Part shown: positions 33,227 through 41,700 of the stretch, piece after piece | Numbering within the stretch: position 1 is the first letter of the stretch | Layout of the letters: each line of letters starts with the position of its first letter | Assembly: GCA_965240325.2 (NCBI GenBank) | Contig: OZ251222.1 | Coordinates: 3,720,001-3,784,000 of the forward strand | Origin: Rebecca billardiae RCC1528 | Taxonomy: Eukaryota; Protista; Haptophyta | Direction of reading: 5' to 3' | DNA: 64,000 nucleotides | Made by a program: the position numbers and the translations under genes | Notes under the pieces: generated by a model | Databases searched by the model: none | What the model was told of the DNA's origin: nothing | The model's input: the letters and a program-made list of their open reading frames with translations, nothing else

Positions 33227-33988
33227 TTAGACGACGTCGAGTCGGAGTCGGAGCGTCCACTGAGCTCCGTTGAGATTAAGTGGCTCCATCGTATTTGAAT
33301 CGAGTAGCTGGAATTCCAATGTGCTAATACTGCGGCGGCCGACTTCGCGTACGGTGTCCGTCTGATTGAGCCATGTTTGGACTTGCCCGAAGCCTACGTT
33401 GAAGAGCACCTCGCCTAGAACATTCGTCGTGGAGCCGCCGCCAGTGGAATCGCGCGTGCGCAGCTCGAGGCTCTCGCACGCCACCAGCGCACCGCGGCGT
33501 AGCATGTCGGCGACGCCCGGCGGCGAGGCGGAGCCGCCAGCAGGCACCGTTAGGTTCGATCCGAGCAACCCGATCACGCGAGCGATGGGCGATGAGGCCC
33601 ACACGGTGTCATCCGTACCCAAGCTGTTCGCGAAGACGAATTTGCCGAGCTGCTCGTCAAAAGTAACCGTCAAATGACTCGCACCGCCCGCCGTCAGCTT
33701 TGAAGTAAGCTCGGTGGCCAGCTGCGAAGCGGTGTAATTTTTGATATCGGGATAGACGTGCACATCACCCCAGTTACCGCCCACATACAAGTCGTTATTC
33801 GTGGCGTCGATTGCATACGATGTATTTGGCAAGCAAACGCTGATTAAATTGCAGAATATGTTCTCGCTGCTGTCTGCCACTATGGGCTCCGACAGATCAA
33901 ATACGACGTGGTCGGTGCGGTTAGAGCCGCTCGGGAAACGGTCAGCCTGCGCAGTGCTCAAATACAGGTCACTCAGCGCAAACGTCAT
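33227..33988 (-). CDS. Minor capsid (penton) protein
   Basis: LYLST..., LPNTSYAID..NN.L, NY...QLA..L, C-terminal LEFQLLD....LNLNG..W.L.L motif. Confidence 0.82.
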   Translation of the reverse strand: MTFALSDLYLSTAQADRFPSGSNRTDHVVFDLSEPIVADSSENIFCNLISVCLPNTSYAIDATNNDLYVGGNWGDVHVYPDIKNYTASQLATELTSKLTAGGASHLTVTFDEQLGKFVFANSLGTDDTVWASSPIARVIGLLGSNLTVPAGGSASPPGVADMLRRGALVACESLELRTRDSTGGGSTTNVLGEVLFNVGFGQVQTWLNQTDTVREVGRRSISTLEFQLLDSNTMEPLNLNGAQWTLRLRLDVV

Positions 33989-34134
33989 TGTGGTCGTCAC
34001 GCGGATTTTTAAGCGTCGCTTTTAGAGCTGGCGGTGGGTGGTTTTGAGCGAGCTCTTCGAAGACTTCGTCGGGGAGGCACGCGGGCAGCTTCGAGCGCCA
34101 GTAGATTTCGGCGTAGTCTCTGTAACAAATATCC

Positions 34135-34683
34135 ATGGTGCTCTTAACTATGACCAAGAAAAAAGTAGTGGTCATTGAGGCCGGTAATCACCTCGATGCT
34201 CGGCCTGGCGCCGGCGATAGCATCGGTGATAGCAGGGGTTCTCCTGGGGAACTGTCTGTGGGAAGCGATGCTGCCTCCGCGAGTGAGCCCGCCTCACTCG
34301 TGGTGGAACCCCCTCCAATTGTGCGAGCAGAGCCTATATATGCAACTCCTGTCACCGTCATAAAGAAGCGAGTGCTGAGCGACAAGGCCCGCAAGGCGCT
34401 CGATCGAGGGCGACTCCAGCGTATGCGCGATGAATACGGCCGCCAAATCGCTAACTATACAAAGCTAGCCAAAGAGCTCGATGAGCGCCTCGCAACCCTC
34501 GATCCTGCAGGGCCAACCCCAGAGCCACGAGCGCTCAAGCGCACCGATATGGTCATCGTAGACGAGCCCCCGGCTCGACCGACGGAGAGCCAGCCGCCCG
34601 CGCCGACGCCCGCGCCGACGCCCGCGCCGGTTCGCCCGCCGTTGCGCTATGCGCCTGCATCGCGTGCCTTCAAATTCGCCTAA
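34135..34683 (+). CDS. PLV hypothetical protein upstream of the ATPase
   Basis: KKRVLSDKARKALDRGR basic helix, coiled coil, Pro-rich tail; the start may be 34150. Confidence 0.65.
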   Translation: MVLLTMTKKKVVVIEAGNHLDARPGAGDSIGDSRGSPGELSVGSDAASASEPASLVVEPPPIVRAEPIYATPVTVIKKRVLSDKARKALDRGRLQRMRDEYGRQIANYTKLAKELDERLATLDPAGPTPEPRALKRTDMVIVDEPPARPTESQPPAPTPAPTPAPVRPPLRYAPASRAFKFA

Positions 34684-34703
34684 AAATACCAAGGCCCCTA
34701 CTA

Positions 34704-35414
34704 ATGGTGACCATCGAGGAGACGCCCCCTGAAAAGGTGATCGAACTGGTGATGCCTGCCATGCTCGTCGACGGGAAGCTATCGGACAGCATACCAGAGC
34801 CACTGCCAAATCAAGCCAGTTTTTGGGGATTCTTTGGGCCGCCCCGCTCGGGAAAGAGCTCGGCGGTAATCGCGCTGCTGACGGGCCATTATCGCCAAGT
34901 GTTTCACAACGTGATATATATCGTGCCGGCGTCGAGCTTTGCGAGCGTGCGGGACAATCCGCTTGCGCAAGTGAAACATGTGTACCACGAATTCGACGCC
35001 GAAACGCTCGATGATGTGATGGATATCGTCAAAGCGTCATCGAAGAAGGGTCATCACACCCTCGTTTTAGTCGACGATTTCATGACCGCTCTCAAAGACG
35101 CGCCGCTGCGCAGGCAATTCGAAAAACTGGTAGCCAACCGCCGCCACCTGCGCACGAGTTTGTGGGTCATCTCACAAAACTATATTGCGCTGCCGTTGAG
35201 CACGCGGAAGCTTCTGAGTCACACGCTGTTTTTTCGACCTAATAATTTGCGTGAAACGGAGTCGTTCCGCAGCGAGCTCTTCCCTATGAGCCGGCACGAT
35301 TTCCAGGTGATTTTTAATCACGTGTTTGCGAGCGGCAACAAGCACGATTTTATGTTTGTCGACGTGGATGCGGGTGAGATCCACAAGAAATGGACTAGAC
35401 TTCGAATCGTCTAG
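34704..35414 (+). CDS. A32-like (FtsK/HerA) genome-packaging ATPase
   Basis: Walker A GPPRSGKS, Walker B LVLVDD, RRH....ISQ motif. Confidence 0.92.
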   Translation: MVTIEETPPEKVIELVMPAMLVDGKLSDSIPEPLPNQASFWGFFGPPRSGKSSAVIALLTGHYRQVFHNVIYIVPASSFASVRDNPLAQVKHVYHEFDAETLDDVMDIVKASSKKGHHTLVLVDDFMTALKDAPLRRQFEKLVANRRHLRTSLWVISQNYIALPLSTRKLLSHTLFFRPNNLRETESFRSELFPMSRHDFQVIFNHVFASGNKHDFMFVDVDAGEIHKKWTRLRIV

Positions 35415-35454
35415 ACCGACGACGAATAAATCTAGGCATCACTCACAGATCACG

Positions 35455-36255
35455 ATGGGCGAGGCAGTACACCACGAGCGTCTCGAAATCAATGAAAAAA
35501 CGACTCATTTTTCGCTAAACGGCGAGCCCTACGATGGACCCAAGCACCGTAAGTGGCCAAAATACGAGTGGTGGACTGGCGTGATCCCAACGAACGCTAG
35601 CGAGAAGCTCGTCTACCACAATCGCGCGCTGCTAATGGAGGGCCAGGATGATGACCCGTCAGCGCCTTTCAAGATCATGTCGACGCTCGAGTCACACGGC
35701 GAGCATAGCGGTGAAATCGTCAATTTTGAGACGATGGCGCGCGACCCGCAGACGGACGAGCGCATCCGTCTCTCTAAAATGAATTTCCCCCCACGCAATA
35801 TGTTTGCAGGCAAACGCGGCGGTTTTTCGCACGTGGTCGAGCAGCGCCTGCCCGAAAGCAAACCAGTGAGGCCACAGACGCCTCCAGAGGAGGCGCCAGT
35901 GCCTGCAACCCCCATGAAGCCCGCGCCAAGTCGATCACCTGCACCCATGTCAATGACCAGGGTCATGCCCGAGCCGGTAACGGGTCAGCCTATGGATGCT
36001 ACACCCCTTCTAGTTGACGGTCTGCCTATGTTTGTTGGTGAACTTCGAACCAGTGTCAGACGTACAGCTCAAAATCGCATTGATGTATTCTTTAATCGTT
36101 TCTTGGTGAGATCTTATGAGGACGGCTGGAGCAATGATCATTTGGAAAATAAGCTCGCGTCGCATCTGAAGATAAAATTACCGCTTGTGCGCATACTCGT
36201 CAATGAAAAGGTTGCCCGGGGTGGTCCTCGACGGCAGCCAGCGCTACTACCTTAG
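35455..36255 (+). CDS. PLV hypothetical protein (266 aa)
   Basis: ATG at 35455 after the ATPase stop; two globular parts joined by a Pro-rich linker; no recognisable motif. Confidence 0.6.
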   Translation: MGEAVHHERLEINEKTTHFSLNGEPYDGPKHRKWPKYEWWTGVIPTNASEKLVYHNRALLMEGQDDDPSAPFKIMSTLESHGEHSGEIVNFETMARDPQTDERIRLSKMNFPPRNMFAGKRGGFSHVVEQRLPESKPVRPQTPPEEAPVPATPMKPAPSRSPAPMSMTRVMPEPVTGQPMDATPLLVDGLPMFVGELRTSVRRTAQNRIDVFFNRFLVRSYEDGWSNDHLENKLASHLKIKLPLVRILVNEKVARGGPRRQPALLP

Positions 36256-36575
36256 CCGACAAAGTGGTACACGATTACCTTTCCCTTAATGGCCATGCAG
36301 CGCACCGCATCGGCTATCTCGAACACAGGCGTATCGTGCATTTTGATGTAGGCCTCAGCATCGAGCAGCTCGATGTCGATGAGATCAAAAGTGCGAGTGC
36401 GCTGGAGGCGCTTGCTCAGGTAGCCGTCGCGAAGCGTGATGGTCGTCTTGATCTTCTTGTTGCGCAGATCGCTCATGTACTTACCAGATGGCTTGCGCAC
36501 CTCCGTGCGCCGGCCCTCGTCGAGCATTTCGAAGAAATCACGGTCGAGCGGGAGCGAGACCGTTGGAGTCACCAT
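36252..36575 (-). CDS. ASCH/PUA-like domain protein
   Basis: LPL...FFEML..GRRTEVR...ITLRDGY resembles the ASCH GxKxxExR...GY signature. Confidence 0.55.
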   Translation of the reverse strand: MVTPTVSLPLDRDFFEMLDEGRRTEVRKPSGKYMSDLRNKKIKTTITLRDGYLSKRLQRTRTFDLIDIELLDAEAYIKMHDTPVFEIADAVRCMAIKGKVIVYHFVG

Positions 36576-36604
36576 CGTGCGGGCACTAGTCCGGATTTTG
36601 ATTT

Positions 36605-37552
36605 TTAAGAAGCCTTGAAGCGCTTCGGGAGATCCGGGTAGCGAGCGCCTGGAGCGCCCGTGTCGAGCTCCTCGGAAGTGTAGGTCTCGTTCACGTCAAC
36701 GACGATCATCCGCTTGCGCTGGTTGATCACCTCGACGTCCGGCGTAAAGTTCGCCGCGACGATCACCCACGGCTTGCGGATGCGCTTGAACGGGATCTTC
36801 GACGTGCCCGGCACCTTCCCGCCCGCCAGGTTCTCGAGCAGGCCCCAGAACCAGCTCGGCACGCCCACCAAAGTCGTGATCTTCGTCAGGTCGAAGAAAA
36901 CGTGATCGATGGGGCCGTTGCGGAGGCGTGCGACGATGATCGCTCGCGTGCTGCCTGGGATGTCGTAGTACTCGATGAGGGGGAGCAGGCCCGTGGACAT
37001 AGGCTGCTCAGATATGAAGTCGCACATCATCGACTTGCCGATCTGACCAGTCTTGTCGCTCGCGAACCAAACCGTGTTCGCCGTCGCCTCCTGCGGGAAG
37101 GGCTTGGCAAAAGCCTCCATCCACTCTTTCTGCATCAAGTTGGGCTCGAAGAGAAGCGGTGGTGGGAGTGAGCTCATCGAGGGCGAGGCGAACGTAGACG
37201 TCTGCAGCGCGTCGATTCGCCCTAGCAGCTTCGCCTCGCGCTGCGCAAAGTACTCCGCGCACGGCGTGTCGAATCCGTACTTGATCTTGGCAAAGGCAGT
37301 GCCAAACTTGAGGGAGGGCATGCGCACCTCGCCGTTGATCTCCTGCACGCGGCACGAGCGGCGGTAGTCGAGTGTGAGGACGAGCGTGATGCCCTCGTGC
37401 GTGCTCGCCGACGTCAGCCGGCCGTGCTTCCCGCCCTCGAGCGTGTCGAGCGTCCTCGTCTTCACGTGCTCGTGCAGGACGTCGTGCTCATCGCAGTCCG
37501 CAAAAACGAACTCCCAGTGCGATCGCGCTAGCGGAGCGTGCTTGGATGGCAT
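36605..37552 (-). CDS. CRESS-virus Rep-like protein: SF3 helicase with a degenerate HUH-like N-terminus
   Basis: VWFASDKTGQIGKS (Walker A), VFFD (Walker B), LENLAGG, PWVIVAANFTPD (motif C), as in nanovirus/alphasatellite-type Rep helicases. Confidence 0.75.
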   Translation of the reverse strand: MPSKHAPLARSHWEFVFADCDEHDVLHEHVKTRTLDTLEGGKHGRLTSASTHEGITLVLTLDYRRSCRVQEINGEVRMPSLKFGTAFAKIKYGFDTPCAEYFAQREAKLLGRIDALQTSTFASPSMSSLPPPLLFEPNLMQKEWMEAFAKPFPQEATANTVWFASDKTGQIGKSMMCDFISEQPMSTGLLPLIEYYDIPGSTRAIIVARLRNGPIDHVFFDLTKITTLVGVPSWFWGLLENLAGGKVPGTSKIPFKRIRKPWVIVAANFTPDVEVINQRKRMIVVDVNETYTSEELDTGAPGARYPDLPKRFKAS

Positions 37553-37869
37553 ATTGCGCTTCGGTCGCTTTTCACCTAAGCCGCTTGTCTTTAACTACGA
37601 GCCGCACGGGCTTCGTGGGGCTTCGTGGTGGTGCTGTAGTAGTGGGATCGCTTCTCTTTAACTACATATGAGTCCGGATGCTCAAAAATGAGTTCAGTAC
37701 GGTGGGGCTTCGGGGGCTTCGTGGGGCTTCGTGGGACGAGTCGGACGAGTCGTAGACTCGTGGTGGGTCGGAGACTCGTCGTAGACTCGTGGGATGGCGA
37801 TTGGGGGAGGCTCTGCGGAGGCTCGATGCGGCTCGATGTGGCTCGACGTGGCGGCGGGTGGCGGGCGTC

Positions 37870-37952
37870 GTGGCTCGACTGAGAATCGGGGATGACGAGT
37901 CGTAGGCTCGGAGGAGAGAGCTGGGGCGGCGGCACCGTATACTCCCACACAC
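37870..37952 (-). repeat. PLV right TIR (83 bp)
   Basis: Exact reverse complement of 21709-21791; ends ...ATACTCCCACACAC. Confidence 0.97.
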
Positions 37953-38707
37953 GCCCACCGCCCTCGCCGCCGCCCAGCCCGCCGCCCTCGCCGCCGCCGA
38001 GCCCGCCGCCTTTTCCACCCCCTTCGCCGCCTCCTAGCCCGCCACCGTCGCCGCCGCCAAGCCCGCCGCCACCGAGTCCGCCGCCGTCTCCGCCGCCGTC
38101 CCCGCCGCCTAGCCCACCGCCTTCGCCGCCACCGTCACCGCCGCCCAGCCCGCCGCCAAGCCCGCCGCCGTCACCGCCACCGAGCCCACCACCGTCACCA
38201 CCGCCGAGCCCTCCACCGAGCCCGCCTCCGCCGTCGCCGCCACCGTCGCCACCACCGTCGCCCCCGCCGAGCCCGCCACCATCACCGCCGCCGACGCCAC
38301 CGCCATCACCACCGCCGAGCCCACCGCCGTCGCCGCCACCGTCGCCGCCGCCATCGCCGCCGCCGTCGCCACCTCCGAGCCCGCCGCCCCCGAGCCCGCC
38401 GCCCTCACCGCCGCCCTCACCGCCGCCGAGCCCGCCGCCCTCGCCGCCGCCGTCCCCGCCACCCAGCCCGCCGCCGTCCCCGCCGCCGAGCCCGCCCCCA
38501 CCAAGCCCGCCGCCATCACCGCCGCCAAGCCCGCCGCCCAGCCCACCACCGTCACCGCCGCCGTCCCCGCCTCCCAGCCCGCCACCGAGCCCGCCGCCGA
38601 GCCCGCCACCGAGCCCACCACCGTCGCCGCCGCCGAGCCCGCCACCGAGCCCGCCGCCGCCGTCGCCGCCGCCGTCGCCGCCGCCGTCACCGCCGCCGTC
38701 ACCGCCG

Positions 38708-38740
<33 letters not shown>

Positions 38741-41700
38741 CCGCCGAGCCCGCCGCCATCGCCGCCGCCATCGCCGCCACCATCACCGCCGCCGTCACCA
38801 CCACCCAGCCCGCCGCCGCCAAGCCCACCACCATCGCCGCCGCCCTCACCGCCGCCGTCACCCCCGCCCTCGCCACCGCCGAGTCCGCCGCCGTCACCGC
38901 CCCCGAGCCCGCCGCCATTGCCGCCGCCGTCACCGCCACCCAGTCCGCCGCCCTCGCCGCCGCCGAGCCCGCCGCCACCCAGTCCGCCGCCATCGCCGCC
39001 CCCGAGCCCGCCGCCGAGACCACCGCCGAGCCCGCCACCCTCACCGCCACCCAGCCCACCGCCAAGCCCTCCGCCAAGCCCGCCACCGAGCCCGCCACCG
39101 TCGCCACCACCGAGCCCGCCTCCGAGTCCGCCTCCGCCGTCGCCGCCACCGTCGCCACCGCCGTCACCTCCGCCGAGCCCGCCTCCGTCGCCGCCACCGT
39201 CACCACCGCCCAGCCCGCCACCCAGCCCGCCGCCGTCGCCGCCGCCGTCGCCACCACCGTCACCTCCGCCGAGCCCGCCTCCGTCGCCGCCACCGTCACC
39301 ACCGCCCAGCCCGCCACCCAGCCCGCCGCCGTCGCCGCCGCCGTCGCCACCACCGTCGCCGCCACCATCGCCACCGCCCAGCCCACCGCCGCCAAGCCCC
39401 CCACCCAGCCCGCCGCCCTCTCCACCGCCCTCTCCGCCGCCATCGCCTCCCCCGTCACCACCGCCCAGCCCGCCGCCGTCGCCGCCACCGTCGCCGCCGC
39501 CTTCGCCGCCACCGAGCCCGCCGCCGTCGCCGCCGCCTAGCCCGCCCCCGCCGAGCCCGCCGCCGTCACCGCCACCGTCTCCGCCGCCGAGCCCACCGCC
39601 GAGCCCGCCGCCGTCACCGCCGCCGAGCCCGCCGCCAAGCCCGCCGCCATCGCCACCACCGAGCCCGCCACCGTCGCCGCCACCGAGCCCGCCGCCGAGC
39701 CCACCTCCGCCGTCACCGCCGCCGTCGCCACCGCCATCACCTCCGCCGAGCCCGCCACCATCACCACCGCCTTCACCACCGCCGAGCCCGCCGCCCAGCC
39801 CACCGCCGTCGCCACCACCATCGCCACCACCCTCACCCCCGCCGTCACCACCACCCAGCCCGCCGCCTCCAAGCCCGCCACCATCGCCGCCACCGTCACC
39901 GCCGCCCTCGCCGCCGCCCTCGCCACCGCCGAGCCCACCGCCCTCGCCGCCGCCGTCCCCGCCGCCGAGCCCGCCCCCACCAAGCCCGCCGCCGTCTCCG
40001 CCGCCGTCTCCGCCTCCAAGCCCACCGCCATCACCGCCTCCGTCACCGCCGCCTAGCCCACCACCGAGCCCGCCACCATCGCCGCCGCCGAGTCCACCGC
40101 CATCGCCACCGCCGAGCCCGCCACCGAGCCCGCCGCCCCCATCGCCGCCGCCGTCACCCCCGCCAAGCCCGCCACCGAGCCCACCGCCGTCACCACCGCC
40201 GTCGCCACCACCCTCCCCACCGCCCTCACCACCACCCAGCCCGCCGCCACCGAGCCCGCCACCATCCCCGCCACCGTCACCGCCGCCCTCACCGCCGCCC
40301 TCGCCGCCGCCGAGCCCGCCGCCTTCTCCGCCACCGTCGCCGCCACCGTCGCCGCCACCGTCGCCGCCCCCAAGCCCGCCGCCGTCGCCGCCACCGAGCC
40401 CGCCCCCACCGAGTCCACCGCCATCGCCGCCGCCGTCACCGCCGCCGAGCCCCCCGCCGAGCCCGCCACCGTCACCGCCACCCAGCCCGCCGCCAAGCCC
40501 TCCGCCGAGCCCGCCTCCGAGCCCGCCGCCGTCGCCGCCACCGAGCCCCCCACCGAGCCCACCTCCGCCGTCCCCGCCGCCATCGCCACCGCCGTTGCCT
40601 CCGCCGAGCCCGCCACCGTCGCCGCCGCCTTCACCACCGCCGAGCCCGCCACCCAGTCCGCCGCCGTCGCCACCGCCATCGCCACCACCATCCCCACCGC
40701 CTTCACCACCACCCAGCCCACCGCCACCGAGCCCACCGCCATCACCGCCGCCCTCGCCACCCCCAAGTCCGCCGCCCAGCCCGCCGCCATCCCCGCCGCC
40801 TTCCCCGCCTCCCAACCCGCCGCCATCCCCGCCGCCCAGCCCGCCGCCCAGCCCGCCACCATCACCGCCGCCGAGCCCACCGCCTCCTAGCCCGCCTCCG
40901 TCGCCGCCGCCGAGCCCACCGCCGAGCCCACCTCCTTCACCGCCGCCCTCGCCTCCACCAAGTCCACCGCCCAGCCCGCCGCCATCACCGCCACCGAGCC
41001 CGCCACCATCCCCGCCACCGAGTCCGCCGCCGAGCCCGCCGCCGCCATCGCCGCCGCCATCGCCACCGCCGTCTCCTCCCCCAAGCCCGCCCCCGTCGCC
41101 GCCGCCGTCACCACCACCCAGCCCGCCACCCAGCCCGCCACCTTCGCCGCCGCCGTCGCCACCACCGTCGCCGCCGCCGTCACCACCGCCCAGTCCGCCG
41201 CCGCCAAGCCCGCCACCATCGCCGCCGCCCTCACCGCCGCCCTCACCGCCACCCTCGCCACCGCCGTCACCTCCACCGAGCCCACCACCGAGCCCGCCGC
41301 CGTCGCCGCCGCCGTCACCGCCACCGAGCCCGCCACCGTCGCCGCCGCCCAGCCCACCGCCACCAAGCCCACCGCCGTCTCCGCCACCCAGCCCGCCGCC
41401 GAGCCCGCCGCCTTCACCACCTCCGTCGCCGCCACCAAGCCCTCCGCCGTCGCCGCCGCCCTCACCGCCACCGAGCCCACCACCATCGCCGCCACCGAGC
41501 CCGCCTCCCAGCCCGCCGCCGCCGTCGCCGCCGCCGTCACCACCGCCGTCGCCTCCTCCGAGCCCTCCACCGAGCCCGCCGCCGTCTCCACCTCCGAGCC
41601 CGCCACCCAGCCCGCCACAGTCGCCGCCCCCGTCACCACCACCATCACCGCCGCCGTCACCACCGCCCAGCCCGCCGCCGCCAAGCCCACCTCCATCGCC

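Larger units (their letters stand above)
21709..37952. mobile_element. Endogenous Polinton-like virus (16,244 bp), apparently intact
   Basis: 83-bp perfect TIRs. Intronless, densely packed genes with lower GC than the host. pPolB, MCP, mCP, packaging ATPase and lipase are present. Confidence 0.95.

Noticed and set aside
21709-37952. Provirus removed as a spliceosomal intron (starts with GT)
   Set aside because: It ends in AC rather than AG, and there is no convincing acceptor context. Cannot be supported without RNA data.
21709-37952. Canonical Maverick/Polinton or Lavidaviridae virophage
   Set aside because: No rve integrase and no separate adenain-like maturation protease were seen. The MCP and gene set fit a PLV better.
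21704-37957. Possible 5-bp TSD ACCCA / GCCCA
   Set aside because: It has a mismatch, is expected by chance in this repeat, and collapsing it would frameshift the SPPP frame. The zero-TSD join restores the frame exactly.
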